From IMG/VR virus record IMGVR_UViG_3300048033_001096, positions 64,001 to 128,000 of that record: 64,000 bases of DNA. The stretch is one strand, 5' to 3'. Positions 38,939 to 47,078 of this stretch are shown here, in pieces. Source of the DNA: a virus. A model generated the notes under the pieces. That model had not been told where the DNA came from, ran no database searches, and saw nothing but the letters and a program-made list of their open reading frames with translations. A program made the translations under genes and the position numbers. Position 1 is the first letter of the stretch, and each line of letters starts with the position of its first letter.

Positions 38939-39649
38939 ATGGCAAAATTAGATAAATCAAAGTATTCTAAAAAACAAATTCAAACATTATTAGCAGAACG
39001 TAGAAGACAAAAAGAATCTGTTAATATTATTCCTAAAAAAATAAACGAACATACAAACAAAAGCTATGCATTTGTTCTTGGAAACGGAACATCGCGAAAA
39101 GGTATAGATCCTGCATTTTTACAATCTATAGGAAAAGTATACGGTTGTAATGCACTTTATAGAGAGTTTGATCCTGACTACCTAATTGCTGTTGATGCAA
39201 AAATGATACTAGAACTAGATAGAAAAGATTATATTAGCAAGCATAGAAATGTATGGACAAATCCAAATAAAGCATATAAAAACATAATAGGTTTGAATTA
39301 TTTTAAACCTAGTAAAGGTTGGAGTAGTGGACCCACAGCATTACACCTAGCAAGTCAACATGAGAATAAAAATATTTTTATTTTAGGCTTTGACTATAAA
39401 GGTTTAGAAAACGGCAAACGTGTTAATAACATGTATGCTGGAACACCAAACTACAAAAAAACTACTGACTCTGCAACTTACTATGGAAATTGGCTTAAAC
39501 AAACACAACGAGTAATAAAAGAAAACGCACATATAAACTATTATAGAGTTATACAGCCAGAAAATTTCAAACCGCCGGAACTAAATAGTATTAGTAATTT
39601 ACGCACAATTACTATCATAGAATTCCAAAAAATGTTTGGAATTTCCTAG
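38939..39649 (+). CDS. Maf/DUF115/sialyltransferase(CstII)-like glycosyltransferase-fold protein (236 aa)
   Basis: 'AFVLGNGTSR', 'YGCNALY...PDYL.AVD' and 'SSGPTALHLA......IFILGFDY' parallel the GNGPS / CN / TSG..A / I.L.G.D motifs of this fold. Confidence 0.65.
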   Translation: MAKLDKSKYSKKQIQTLLAERRRQKESVNIIPKKINEHTNKSYAFVLGNGTSRKGIDPAFLQSIGKVYGCNALYREFDPDYLIAVDAKMILELDRKDYISKHRNVWTNPNKAYKNIIGLNYFKPSKGWSSGPTALHLASQHENKNIFILGFDYKGLENGKRVNNMYAGTPNYKKTTDSATYYGNWLKQTQRVIKENAHINYYRVIQPENFKPPELNSISNLRTITIIEFQKMFGIS

Positions 39650-39705
39650 CATTTTTAGTAAATGGTCCGTTTTGGGCCTATTTCTACGTATATTTCTCTC
39701 TAATG

Positions 39706-39758
39706 GTTAAATACAAATGACAGCCTTACCATAGGTAAAACATTTATAGGAGAAAATA
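39706..39758 (+). promoter_or_regulatory. Late promoter (GTTAAATA) and hairpin leader
   Basis: GTTAAATA at 39706-39713. Leader has AAATG/CATTT and TTACC-ATA-GGTAA pairings just before the AGGAG SD. Confidence 0.55.
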
Positions 39759-40757
39759 ATGGCAGATTTAAAGAAATTTGAAGAAATGCTTGAAAAACTT
39801 GTTAATGAAGATAAAGCAGGTGCAGAAGAGCTTTTCCATGAAATCGTAGTTGAAAAATCACGCGAAATTTATGAAGGACTACTTGAGTCAGAATTAGACG
39901 ACGAAGTAGATGAAGCTACTGATGAAGAAGTAGATGAGTCAGACGACGAAGAAGTAGATGAAGCTACTGATGAAGAAGTAGATGAGTCAGACGACGACTT
40001 AGAAGAAGGTTTTGACCTAGACGAATTTGAAGTCGAAGCAGATCCAATGGACATGGCTATGGGCGGAGACGCAGGCGATGACATGATGGGTGACATTGAA
40101 ATGCCAGCTGACGGTGAAGAAGGCGACATGGATATGGGCGACGAAGAAGGCGACATTGAAGACCGTGTAATGGATCTAGAAGATGCTTTAGAAGATTTAA
40201 AAGCAGAATTTGATTCAATGATGGGCGATGACGACGACGAAGCACCTGCAGACGACGATGCTGAAATGGACATGGATGTAGATATGGACATGGATAGCGA
40301 AGAAGAGCCAGAAGAAGAAGCAATGGCTTTTGAATCAGACGACGAAGAAGTTGACGAAGCAGAAGAAGAAGCTGACGAGTCAGAAAAAAGCGCAGGCGAA
40401 ACAATGCGCGAATATGTCGAAAAAGTAACAGCATCGATGGGCGACACAGGTACTAACGGTACTAAATCGGCAGTTGCTGGTAAAAATGACATGGGTGGAA
40501 CTGCAGGAAATATTGCACAAGCTAATACAGGTGAAACAGCCGAGGCTGGCAAAGGCGGAACAGTAAAAGGTAACGCACTAAACAGTCAAACAGCTAAAGA
40601 AGACAATGCAGGTAACATCAATGTTCCAGGCGGAAAAGCGGCAAAGGCAGGCAAGAATGAGCCAGCTGGTCATGGCGCTGAGAAAAAAGGAAAGCCTGAG
40701 ACTGCTGACAAAGGTGCAGGGAGTATGCTAAACGGCGCTCCAAAACGTGCTAAATAA
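39759..40757 (+). CDS. Highly acidic prohead core/scaffold-like protein (332 aa)
   Basis: Extremely D/E-rich centre and G/K/A-rich C-terminus; located between portal and protease, where T4 has gp67/gp68; strong SD. Confidence 0.65.
   Translation: MADLKKFEEMLEKLVNEDKAGAEELFHEIVVEKSREIYEGLLESELDDEVDEATDEEVDESDDEEVDEATDEEVDESDDDLEEGFDLDEFEVEADPMDMAMGGDAGDDMMGDIEMPADGEEGDMDMGDEEGDIEDRVMDLEDALEDLKAEFDSMMGDDDDEAPADDDAEMDMDVDMDMDSEEEPEEEAMAFESDDEEVDEAEEEADESEKSAGETMREYVEKVTASMGDTGTNGTKSAVAGKNDMGGTAGNIAQANTGETAEAGKGGTVKGNALNSQTAKEDNAGNINVPGGKAAKAGKNEPAGHGAEKKGKPETADKGAGSMLNGAPKRAK
39903..39998 (+). repeat. 48-nt tandem duplication (EVDEATDEEVDESDDE/D x2)
   Basis: 39903-39950 and 39951-39998 are identical at 47/48 positions. 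Confidence 0.9.
40749..40756 (+). promoter_or_regulatory. Late promoter (GCTAAATA)
   Basis: Overlaps the end of the 332-aa gene, about 30 nt upstream of the gp21 ATG with GAGG SD. Confidence 0.55.
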
Positions 40758-40787
40758 TAGTATAGCAGTATAATAGAGGAAGTTTGA

Positions 40788-41420
40788 ATGAAAAACTTAC
40801 GAGAGCATTTGACATTTGACCAGGCAGGAATGGTTGTTGAATCTACCGATAACGCTACAGGCGGAAAAGACCTTTTTATGAAAGGCATCTGCATACAAGG
40901 CGGTGTGCGTAATGCTAACCAACGTGTATATCCTGTAAATGAAATTGGCAGGGCTGTCAAAACTCTCAACGATCAAATATCTGGAGGATATAGTGTTCTC
41001 GGAGAAGTTGATCATCCAGAAGGCCTTAACATTAACTTAGACCGTGTAAGTCATATGATCACAGATATGTGGATGGATGGCGCAAACGGTTATGGTAAAT
41101 TAAAAATTCTACCAACACCGATGGGCAACCTAGTTAAAACGATGCTTGAAGCAGGCGTTAAACTAGGTGTCTCGTCACGTGGAAGTGGAAATGTGTCAGA
41201 AGACGGCGATAACACCGTGTCTGACTTTGAAATAATCACCGTGGACGCAGTGGCTCAGCCTAGCGCCCCTGGTGCATACCCAACACCAATCTACGAACAT
41301 CTTATGAATGCTCGCGGAGGGTATAAGGCATATGAATTAGCACAGGCAACAAAAGAAGATGCAAAGGCACAAAAATACTTAAAAGAATCACTGATTAACA
41401 TAATCAGTCGACTCCAATAA
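40788..41420 (+). CDS. gp21: Prohead protease gp21
   Basis: 'GICIQ...RNANQRVYP', 'LGEVDHP', 'INLDRVSH.I', 'GKLKIL.TP.G', 'GVSSRGSG', 'D.VAQPSAP.A'. Confidence 0.95.
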   Translation: MKNLREHLTFDQAGMVVESTDNATGGKDLFMKGICIQGGVRNANQRVYPVNEIGRAVKTLNDQISGGYSVLGEVDHPEGLNINLDRVSHMITDMWMDGANGYGKLKILPTPMGNLVKTMLEAGVKLGVSSRGSGNVSEDGDNTVSDFEIITVDAVAQPSAPGAYPTPIYEHLMNARGGYKAYELAQATKEDAKAQKYLKESLINIISRLQ

Positions 41421-41434
41421 CAGGAGAAATGATA

Positions 41435-42538
41435 ATGTTGGATGCACTAAAAACACTTTTTGAAAACGATGTAGTTTCCGAAGAAGTGCGCCACGAAATC
41501 GAAGAAGCGTGGGAATCGAAGATTAAAGAAAATCGTCGAGCTGCTACTGCTGAGCTTCGTGAAGAATTTGCTAAGAAGTATGAGCACGATAAAGCAACTA
41601 TGGTAGAGTCAATTGATAAACTACTAGAAGAGCGTCTTGCTTCAGAAATTCAAGAATTTGCAGAAGATCGTAATCAACTAGCTGAAGCAAAAGCGAAGTA
41701 TGCTGTTGCGCAACGTGAAAATGCAAAATTAATGAAAAACTTTGTTTTAGAATCACTAAAGAAAGAAGTTAGCGAATTACACGAAGATCAAAAAGCAGCA
41801 GCAACAAAATTTTCACAGCTTGAAGAATTTGTGGTAGAAGCACTTGCTAAAGAAATTGCAGAGTTCTACGAAGATAAAAAAGACTTAGCTGAAACAAAGG
41901 TAAAACTTGTACGTGAAGCTAAAGACAAATTTGCAGAAGTTCAAAAGACTTTTGTACAAAAAAGTGCCGCATTAGTATCCGAAACAGTTGGTAAAAATCT
42001 TAACAAAGAAATGAAACAACTTAAAGAAGATATTGAATCAGCACGTAAAAACGACTTTGGTCGTAAACTATTCGAAGCATTTGCTTCAGAATATGCTAAC
42101 AGCTACTTAAACGAAAAATCAGAAACTGCTAAACTTATGAAAGTGCTTGCACTTAAAGATCAGCAAGTTAATGAGGCAAAAGCGTTAGCTGTTAAGGCTA
42201 AGACTCTAGCAGAGACAGCTGCTTCTGAAAAGAAAGCACTAGTTGAATCGGCTAGAAGAGAAAAGAAATTACACGATTTAGTTTCACCGTTAGGTAAAGC
42301 TCAGCGTGATATAATGACAGACTTACTGGAAAGCGTACAGACTGATAGACTTCAGTCATCGTTTGACAAGTATCTACCAGCAGTTATTGATGGTAACACT
42401 CCAGCTAAGAAGAAGGCAGTTTTAGCAGAAGGCAAAGAAGTTACAGGCAACCGCGAAGAATCTTCGCAAACTAACGTTAGTTCAAAAGCAGGCGTAGACG
42501 GCAATGTCGTTGACATTAAACGTCTAGCTGGATTATAA
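41435..42538 (+). CDS. gp22: Prohead scaffolding protein gp22-like
   Basis: Long charged coiled-coil protein between gp21 and gp23, with 'GRKLFEAF..E'. ATG 41435 is better spaced from the AGGAG SD than ATG 41429. Confidence 0.8.
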   Translation: MLDALKTLFENDVVSEEVRHEIEEAWESKIKENRRAATAELREEFAKKYEHDKATMVESIDKLLEERLASEIQEFAEDRNQLAEAKAKYAVAQRENAKLMKNFVLESLKKEVSELHEDQKAAATKFSQLEEFVVEALAKEIAEFYEDKKDLAETKVKLVREAKDKFAEVQKTFVQKSAALVSETVGKNLNKEMKQLKEDIESARKNDFGRKLFEAFASEYANSYLNEKSETAKLMKVLALKDQQVNEAKALAVKAKTLAETAASEKKALVESARREKKLHDLVSPLGKAQRDIMTDLLESVQTDRLQSSFDKYLPAVIDGNTPAKKKAVLAEGKEVTGNREESSQTNVSSKAGVDGNVVDIKRLAGL

Positions 42539-42554
42539 TATAGGAGAAATCAAA

Positions 42555-43733
42555 ATGTCAGAACTATTAGAAAGTCGCTGGCAGGACACTAAAACTGCAC
42601 TTGTAGAAGGTCTTAAAGGCAACAAGAAAGCTGTTATGGAAGCGACACTAGAAAATACTCGCAGGTATTTAAGTGAAACTGCAACAGCTGGTGCAACTTC
42701 TGCAGGTAACGTAGCTACACTTAACCGTGTTATCCTACCAGTTATCAGACGTGTAATGCCAACAGTGATCGCAAACGAGTTGGTTGGTGTTCAGCCAATG
42801 ACAGGCCCAGTGGGTCAAATTCACACACTAAGAGTACGTTATAGTGACGCATTCGACAGCACAAACGGTACAGACGTAGCTGCTGGCGAAGAAGCACTAT
42901 CACCATTCAAAATTGCTGAAGGTTATTCAGGGGACGCTGCTACTGATCGTGCATCAGCTACAGCATCGCTTGAAGGACAAGCAGGCAATAGAATGTCAAT
43001 CCAGATCTTGAAACAGACTGTAGAAGCTAAAACACGCAAACTAAGCGCACGTTGGACCTTCGAAGCTGCTCAAGATGCACAATCGCAGCATGGTATTGAC
43101 GTAGAAGCAGAAATCATGGCAGCACTTGCTCAAGAGATTACTGCTGAAATCGACCAAGAAGTTCTTGGTTCATTAGCTTCACTAGCAGGTAATGCTACTG
43201 AAACATACGATCAAGCAGCCGTATCAGGTACTGCTACTTTCGTTGGTGATGAGCATGCTGCACTAGCAGTACAAATCAACCGCGTAAGTAACTTGATTGC
43301 ACAGCGTACACGTAGAGGCGCAGGTAACTGGGCAGTGGTATCACCATTTGCACTAACTATCCTACAGTCAGCAACTACATCAGCGTTCGCTCGTACAACA
43401 GAAGGTACGTTTGAAGCACCAACTAACACTAAAATGGTTGGTACACTAAACAACGCAATGAAAGTATATGTTAACACATATGCAAACGATGCGTCACCAA
43501 TTCTTATTGGTTACAAAGGTTCAAGTGAATCAGATGCAGCGGCATTCTACTGCCCATACATCCCACTAATGAGCTCAGGCGTTGTACTAGATCCAAGCAC
43601 ATTCGAGCCAACAGTTTCGTTCATGACACGTTATGGATATGTTGAGCTAACGAATACTGCTTCGTCTCTAGGTAACGCAGCTGATTACCTAGGTAAAGTT
43701 GCTATTACTAACGGTAACGTTAGCTTTAGCTAA
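42555..43733 (+). CDS. gp23: Major capsid protein gp23 (392 aa)
   Basis: 'RRVMP..IA.ELVGVQPMTGP.GQI..LR..Y', 'VEAKTRKL.A.WT.E.AQD....HGID.E.E....L..EI..EI.QE', 'FYCPYIPL', 'F.P...FMTRYG'. Strong high-expression codon bias. Confidence 0.97.
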   Translation: MSELLESRWQDTKTALVEGLKGNKKAVMEATLENTRRYLSETATAGATSAGNVATLNRVILPVIRRVMPTVIANELVGVQPMTGPVGQIHTLRVRYSDAFDSTNGTDVAAGEEALSPFKIAEGYSGDAATDRASATASLEGQAGNRMSIQILKQTVEAKTRKLSARWTFEAAQDAQSQHGIDVEAEIMAALAQEITAEIDQEVLGSLASLAGNATETYDQAAVSGTATFVGDEHAALAVQINRVSNLIAQRTRRGAGNWAVVSPFALTILQSATTSAFARTTEGTFEAPTNTKMVGTLNNAMKVYVNTYANDASPILIGYKGSSESDAAAFYCPYIPLMSSGVVLDPSTFEPTVSFMTRYGYVELTNTASSLGNAADYLGKVAITNGNVSFS

Positions 43734-43754
43734 GTTTTACTTAGAAAGCAAAAC

Positions 43755-43783
43755 AAAAAAGGCGGCTTATGTCGCCTTTTTTT
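43755..43783 (+). terminator. Rho-independent terminator after gp23
   Basis: AAAAAAGGCGGC-TTAT-GTCGCC-TTTTTTT. Confidence 0.9.
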
Positions 43784-43805
43784 ATGACTTTTTTTAAAAA
43801 AGTGG

Positions 43806-43833
43806 TTGACTTTTATTGTAGTGATGCTATATT
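43806..43833 (+). promoter_or_regulatory. Sigma70 promoter with extended -10
   Basis: TTGACT (43806-43811), 16 nt, TG-c-TATATT (43825-43833); A/T tract upstream. Confidence 0.7.
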
Positions 43834-43839
43834 AATAAT

Positions 43840-44050
43840 ATAACAAGACGTTGTTATATGGGTTGGCGCTAATAATTTCCGCTCTAGAGGAGATAAGCGC
43901 ACTTGGTTAGGGGTAGTGCCCGGCGTAGAGTTTGGAGACAAGCAGTACGCACACTGCGATACTAAGCAGAACTGAGGTTCTAGGCGATAGATGAAACGGT
44001 ATCTGGACGCTTAGTTGGAGGTAAACCCAAGTCCTTCACCCACCTTTATT
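43840..44050 (+). ncRNA. Candidate ~200-nt structured small RNA
   Basis: Own promoter and terminator; GC-rich relative to flanks; at least 6 hairpins; no ATG ORF longer than a few codons near its 5' end. Confidence 0.7.
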
Positions 44051-44052
44051 AT

Positions 44053-44090
44053 AAAGCCCGATGCTTAACTGTGTCGGGCTTTTTCTTTAT
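44053..44090 (+). terminator. Rho-independent terminator after the sRNA
   Basis: AAAGCCCGATGC-TTAACT-GTGTCGGGCTTT followed by TTCTTTATTT. Confidence 0.88.
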
Positions 44091-44092
44091 TT

Positions 44093-44196
44093 GATAAATA
44101 CTATTGTCAGATAGTGTGCCGCAAGGCGGACTTATGCTGTACCCACAGCGTAGCTCATAGAACGGGCATAGGACTACTTTTTATAGGAGAAAACAA
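44093..44196 (+). promoter_or_regulatory. Late promoter (GATAAATA) and structured 5' leader
   Basis: GATAAATA at 44093-44100; leader hairpins GCC-GCAA-GGC and TATGCTGT-ACCC-ACAGCGTA; AGGAG SD. Confidence 0.65.
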
Positions 44197-44652
44197 ATGG
44201 GAAGACCACTCAATAAAAGATATTTCGGAACGCCAACAGCCGGCGGCAACGAAATTAAAGTACAGTTTTGGAACGGAACTGCATCAGTAAACGGCTGGAT
44301 TGTAAAGCAACTTGGAAGTAAAAAGTTTCGTTGCACAGACGGCACAGAAGTAGTAGATTGCTACCTAAGTACAAAAGCATCAGCTGACTTAGACGGTTCG
44401 CATGCTACAGTACCTAGTTTAGCTGAAATGTCTATTACAGTTAAAGACGACGGAGGCACTGCACAGCAAGTAACTAAAATTTCAGGACGCAAAGTAACAC
44501 TTGAAGACGGTACAGTGATCCAGTGGAACTTCAGTGATGCTACAGATGATGGCGCAGTTGAAATGGAAGAAGCAGGCGATGATGCAGTTATGGATAACGA
44601 CGATCTTGCACCAGATGCAGATGACTTCGAGTCAGACGATCCAACGGATTAA
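44197..44652 (+). CDS. Probable abundant virion protein (151 aa)
   Basis: Own late promoter, strong SD and downstream terminator; MGRPLNKRYFG N-terminus; acidic tail. Confidence 0.65.
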   Translation: MGRPLNKRYFGTPTAGGNEIKVQFWNGTASVNGWIVKQLGSKKFRCTDGTEVVDCYLSTKASADLDGSHATVPSLAEMSITVKDDGGTAQQVTKISGRKVTLEDGTVIQWNFSDATDDGAVEMEEAGDDAVMDNDDLAPDADDFESDDPTD

Positions 44653-44664
44653 GATAAAAGATAA

Positions 44665-44693
44665 AGTAGGGGAGAAATCCCCTACTACTTTTT
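44665..44693 (+). terminator. Rho-independent terminator
   Basis: AGTAGGGGA-GAAA-TCCCCTACT then ACTTTTT. Confidence 0.8.
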
Positions 44694-44705
44694 AAGGAAT
44701 TATAA

Positions 44706-45992
44706 ATGTCAAAGATAGTAAGAACTACTGGTACAGATTATCGTATAATAACAGGTCAAGGTGGAGAAATAATACTCGACACTACTAATGGTTCTGACGA
44801 TTTAAGCGGAAAAGTTATTGTTCGTGGCGATTTACAAGTAAAAGGTGGAACGTCTACTATTGAATCTGTTGTTACTACTATTAATGATAATATAATAGTT
44901 TTAAGCGCAGGTAATGACCAACCTGGACTTCCACCAACGTTAGATAGACCTAGAAGTTCGGGTATTGAAATTGAAAGAGGATCTTTAGCAAATTCTCGTT
45001 GGGTATACGATGACGGAATATCTTGGGATTTAGGCGGACTTACTGGACTCGGTGCTTGGATAGGAACACAAGGCGATATTAACGCAGAACAAATTATTCC
45101 AATAAAAACTACAGGAATTATATCCGACGGAACATTATATGTTGATACAAATGACGGAGTTATAAGTGTTGCTGGCACAAATAATTATGAATTAAAAATT
45201 TGGCGTTATGCAAACGGAGTAATTACTCCTGATCCTGTAACAAACGAAATTATTCAAGACGATGACAATATTCCAAATACTAAAGCGGTTACAGATTTAT
45301 TAGATTATAGATTATCTACTATTAATATTGATACTATTAGAGAAGATAATTCGTCAGTAGAAGTTACTGATAAAAATAATATTATTAGTTCTATTTTAGA
45401 AGTTGGTACTAGAACATTGCTTAGTACACAAAACAGTCACGGTTATGCTATTAATGACACTGTTGTTATAACTGGTGTACAAAGTAGTCCAAATGATGCA
45501 ATCATACAAGGACTTTTAGGCAGTTGGACTGTTACTGATGTTCCTTCTGCTACTTCATTTGAAATTGATGCTAATTCAATCGGTGCAAACATAAACAACT
45601 ATGTATTAAATTCAGGAAGAACTGTATCAACTGAATCAGAAATAAAAGTAACTGTTGAAAGTACTGAAATTGCAAGTTTCTTTAATAATAGAATAAATTT
45701 AGCTGATATTGAAATTAGAGGAACTGAAATATTTACAGCGTCGAGTAACGACGATTTAATATTAAATGCAAATGGTGCCGGATCTGTTAAAGTTAAAGAT
45801 ACATTAGAGATAACAAAAACTCCAGGCGATGACGATATTTTAATAAATCCAAATGCACCTTTAGATGGAATTAAGATTTATTCAAAAACACAAGGAACTG
45901 GTAAAACTGGTTTGTACTTCGTTAATGAAGATAACTATCAAGACGAAATAATAAGTAAAAGTAGAGCATTGCTGTATAGCATGTTATTTTAA
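44706..45992 (+). CDS. Virion structural protein (428 aa)
   Basis: Beta-rich; 'GDLQVKG.T.TIES....INDNIIVL..G......SGIEIERG' fibre-like motif; shares the 'DLILNANGAGSV' repeat with downstream fibres. Confidence 0.65.
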   Translation: MSKIVRTTGTDYRIITGQGGEIILDTTNGSDDLSGKVIVRGDLQVKGGTSTIESVVTTINDNIIVLSAGNDQPGLPPTLDRPRSSGIEIERGSLANSRWVYDDGISWDLGGLTGLGAWIGTQGDINAEQIIPIKTTGIISDGTLYVDTNDGVISVAGTNNYELKIWRYANGVITPDPVTNEIIQDDDNIPNTKAVTDLLDYRLSTINIDTIREDNSSVEVTDKNNIISSILEVGTRTLLSTQNSHGYAINDTVVITGVQSSPNDAIIQGLLGSWTVTDVPSATSFEIDANSIGANINNYVLNSGRTVSTESEIKVTVESTEIASFFNNRINLADIEIRGTEIFTASSNDDLILNANGAGSVKVKDTLEITKTPGDDDILINPNAPLDGIKIYSKTQGTGKTGLYFVNEDNYQDEIISKSRALLYSMLF

Positions 45993-46002
45993 GGAAAACA
46001 AT

Positions 46003-46350
46003 ATGGCTTTAGAAAACGCAACATTAACAAATACACAGTTAGATGTACTTGTTGTACCTGCAAATAAAATATATGCTATAACAAGTATAATGGTGTGTAA
46101 TACATACTCTCCAACTGGCACAGATCCAAATTTAGAAACTGCTAATTTTGATATGCATTTTTGTAAAGATAATCAACCAGTTGCTAACAGTCAAACAACA
46201 GTAATTAGAGAATTAGAATTGCCTGCAGGAGAAACATTTACATTTGACAGCGAAAAGGTTGTTTTAGAAGCTGGAGAAAAGTTATCATTTGTTGGCGATA
46301 ATGTAAATGCAGCTAATTTGTCAGTATCAGTGAGTTATTTGGAAGTTTAA
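46003..46350 (+). CDS. Small virion structural protein (115 aa)
   Basis: Co-linear in the late operon; paralogous pattern to 56684-57013. Confidence 0.6.
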   Translation: MALENATLTNTQLDVLVVPANKIYAITSIMVCNTYSPTGTDPNLETANFDMHFCKDNQPVANSQTTVIRELELPAGETFTFDSEKVVLEAGEKLSFVGDNVNAANLSVSVSYLEV

Positions 46351-47046
46351 ATGAGACTATTAAAAGCCCAAAACACCAATCTAAGAAATATTTACGGAAA
46401 AGGTGTAAAGTATGACGTAAATGGTCAAGTTATAATGGACACTACAAATGTTATGCTTGTTCCTAAAGGAAATACTGATGAGTTTATTACATCACCTGTT
46501 GACGGGCATATAAGATATAACACTGATTTAAATGAATTACAAGTTGTTTCTGAAAACGAATGGCGTAGTGTTAGATATAAAGAACCTAATAACGATCCGG
46601 GTATTATACAACAACCTTTAGGTAATGGTGCTGGAATTGGTACAGGAATAGTTTTATTTGGACCACTAGACAGCCAAGATCCTAATTTAGAATATACTGC
46701 TCCAGCAGCAGCGCAAAACATACTGGTGTTTGTTGAAAATGTATTTCAAATATCAACTACAAACTATACATTAGTACAAAATCCTAGCTCGACTGGAACA
46801 GGACAAGAAGTAGAATCAGGAAACTTTATTATAGGCGAACAATATATTATTACTGCAACTGGAGTAACAGATTTTGTAACAGAACACGGTGCAGCAGACA
46901 ATAATCCTGGAACAACATTTACAGCAGCAAGTGCTGGAACAAGTGATGCTACTGGTCTTGCAAGACTAACTGGGTATTACTTATCCTTTACTTCAGAACC
47001 TGATCTAAACAAACCTGTAACAGTGCTACATAACTTCGATAAGTAA
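46351..47046 (+). CDS. Virion structural protein (231 aa)
   Basis: 'VPKG.T......G.IRYNTD...L' motif shared with the fibre C-termini; 'NILVFVENVFQ'. Confidence 0.6.
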   Translation: MRLLKAQNTNLRNIYGKGVKYDVNGQVIMDTTNVMLVPKGNTDEFITSPVDGHIRYNTDLNELQVVSENEWRSVRYKEPNNDPGIIQQPLGNGAGIGTGIVLFGPLDSQDPNLEYTAPAAAQNILVFVENVFQISTTNYTLVQNPSSTGTGQEVESGNFIIGEQYIITATGVTDFVTEHGAADNNPGTTFTAASAGTSDATGLARLTGYYLSFTSEPDLNKPVTVLHNFDK

Positions 47047-47050
47047 AATC

Positions 47051-47058
47051 AATAAATA
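47051..47058 (+). promoter_or_regulatory. Late promoter (AATAAATA)
   Basis: 20 nt upstream of GTG 47079, with AAGGAG SD. Confidence 0.65.
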
Positions 47059-47078
47059 CTGTGTCAAGGAGAACATAA

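Noticed and set aside
39869-40552. 227-aa Ser-rich and 125-aa Arg/Leu-rich minus-strand ORFs
   Set aside because: Antisense shadows of the GAA/GAC/GAT-rich acidic gene.
43860-44044. Canonical tRNA or tmRNA
   Set aside because: No TTC-containing 7-nt T-loop, an imperfect acceptor stem, and a length that fits neither; kept only as an unclassified ncRNA.
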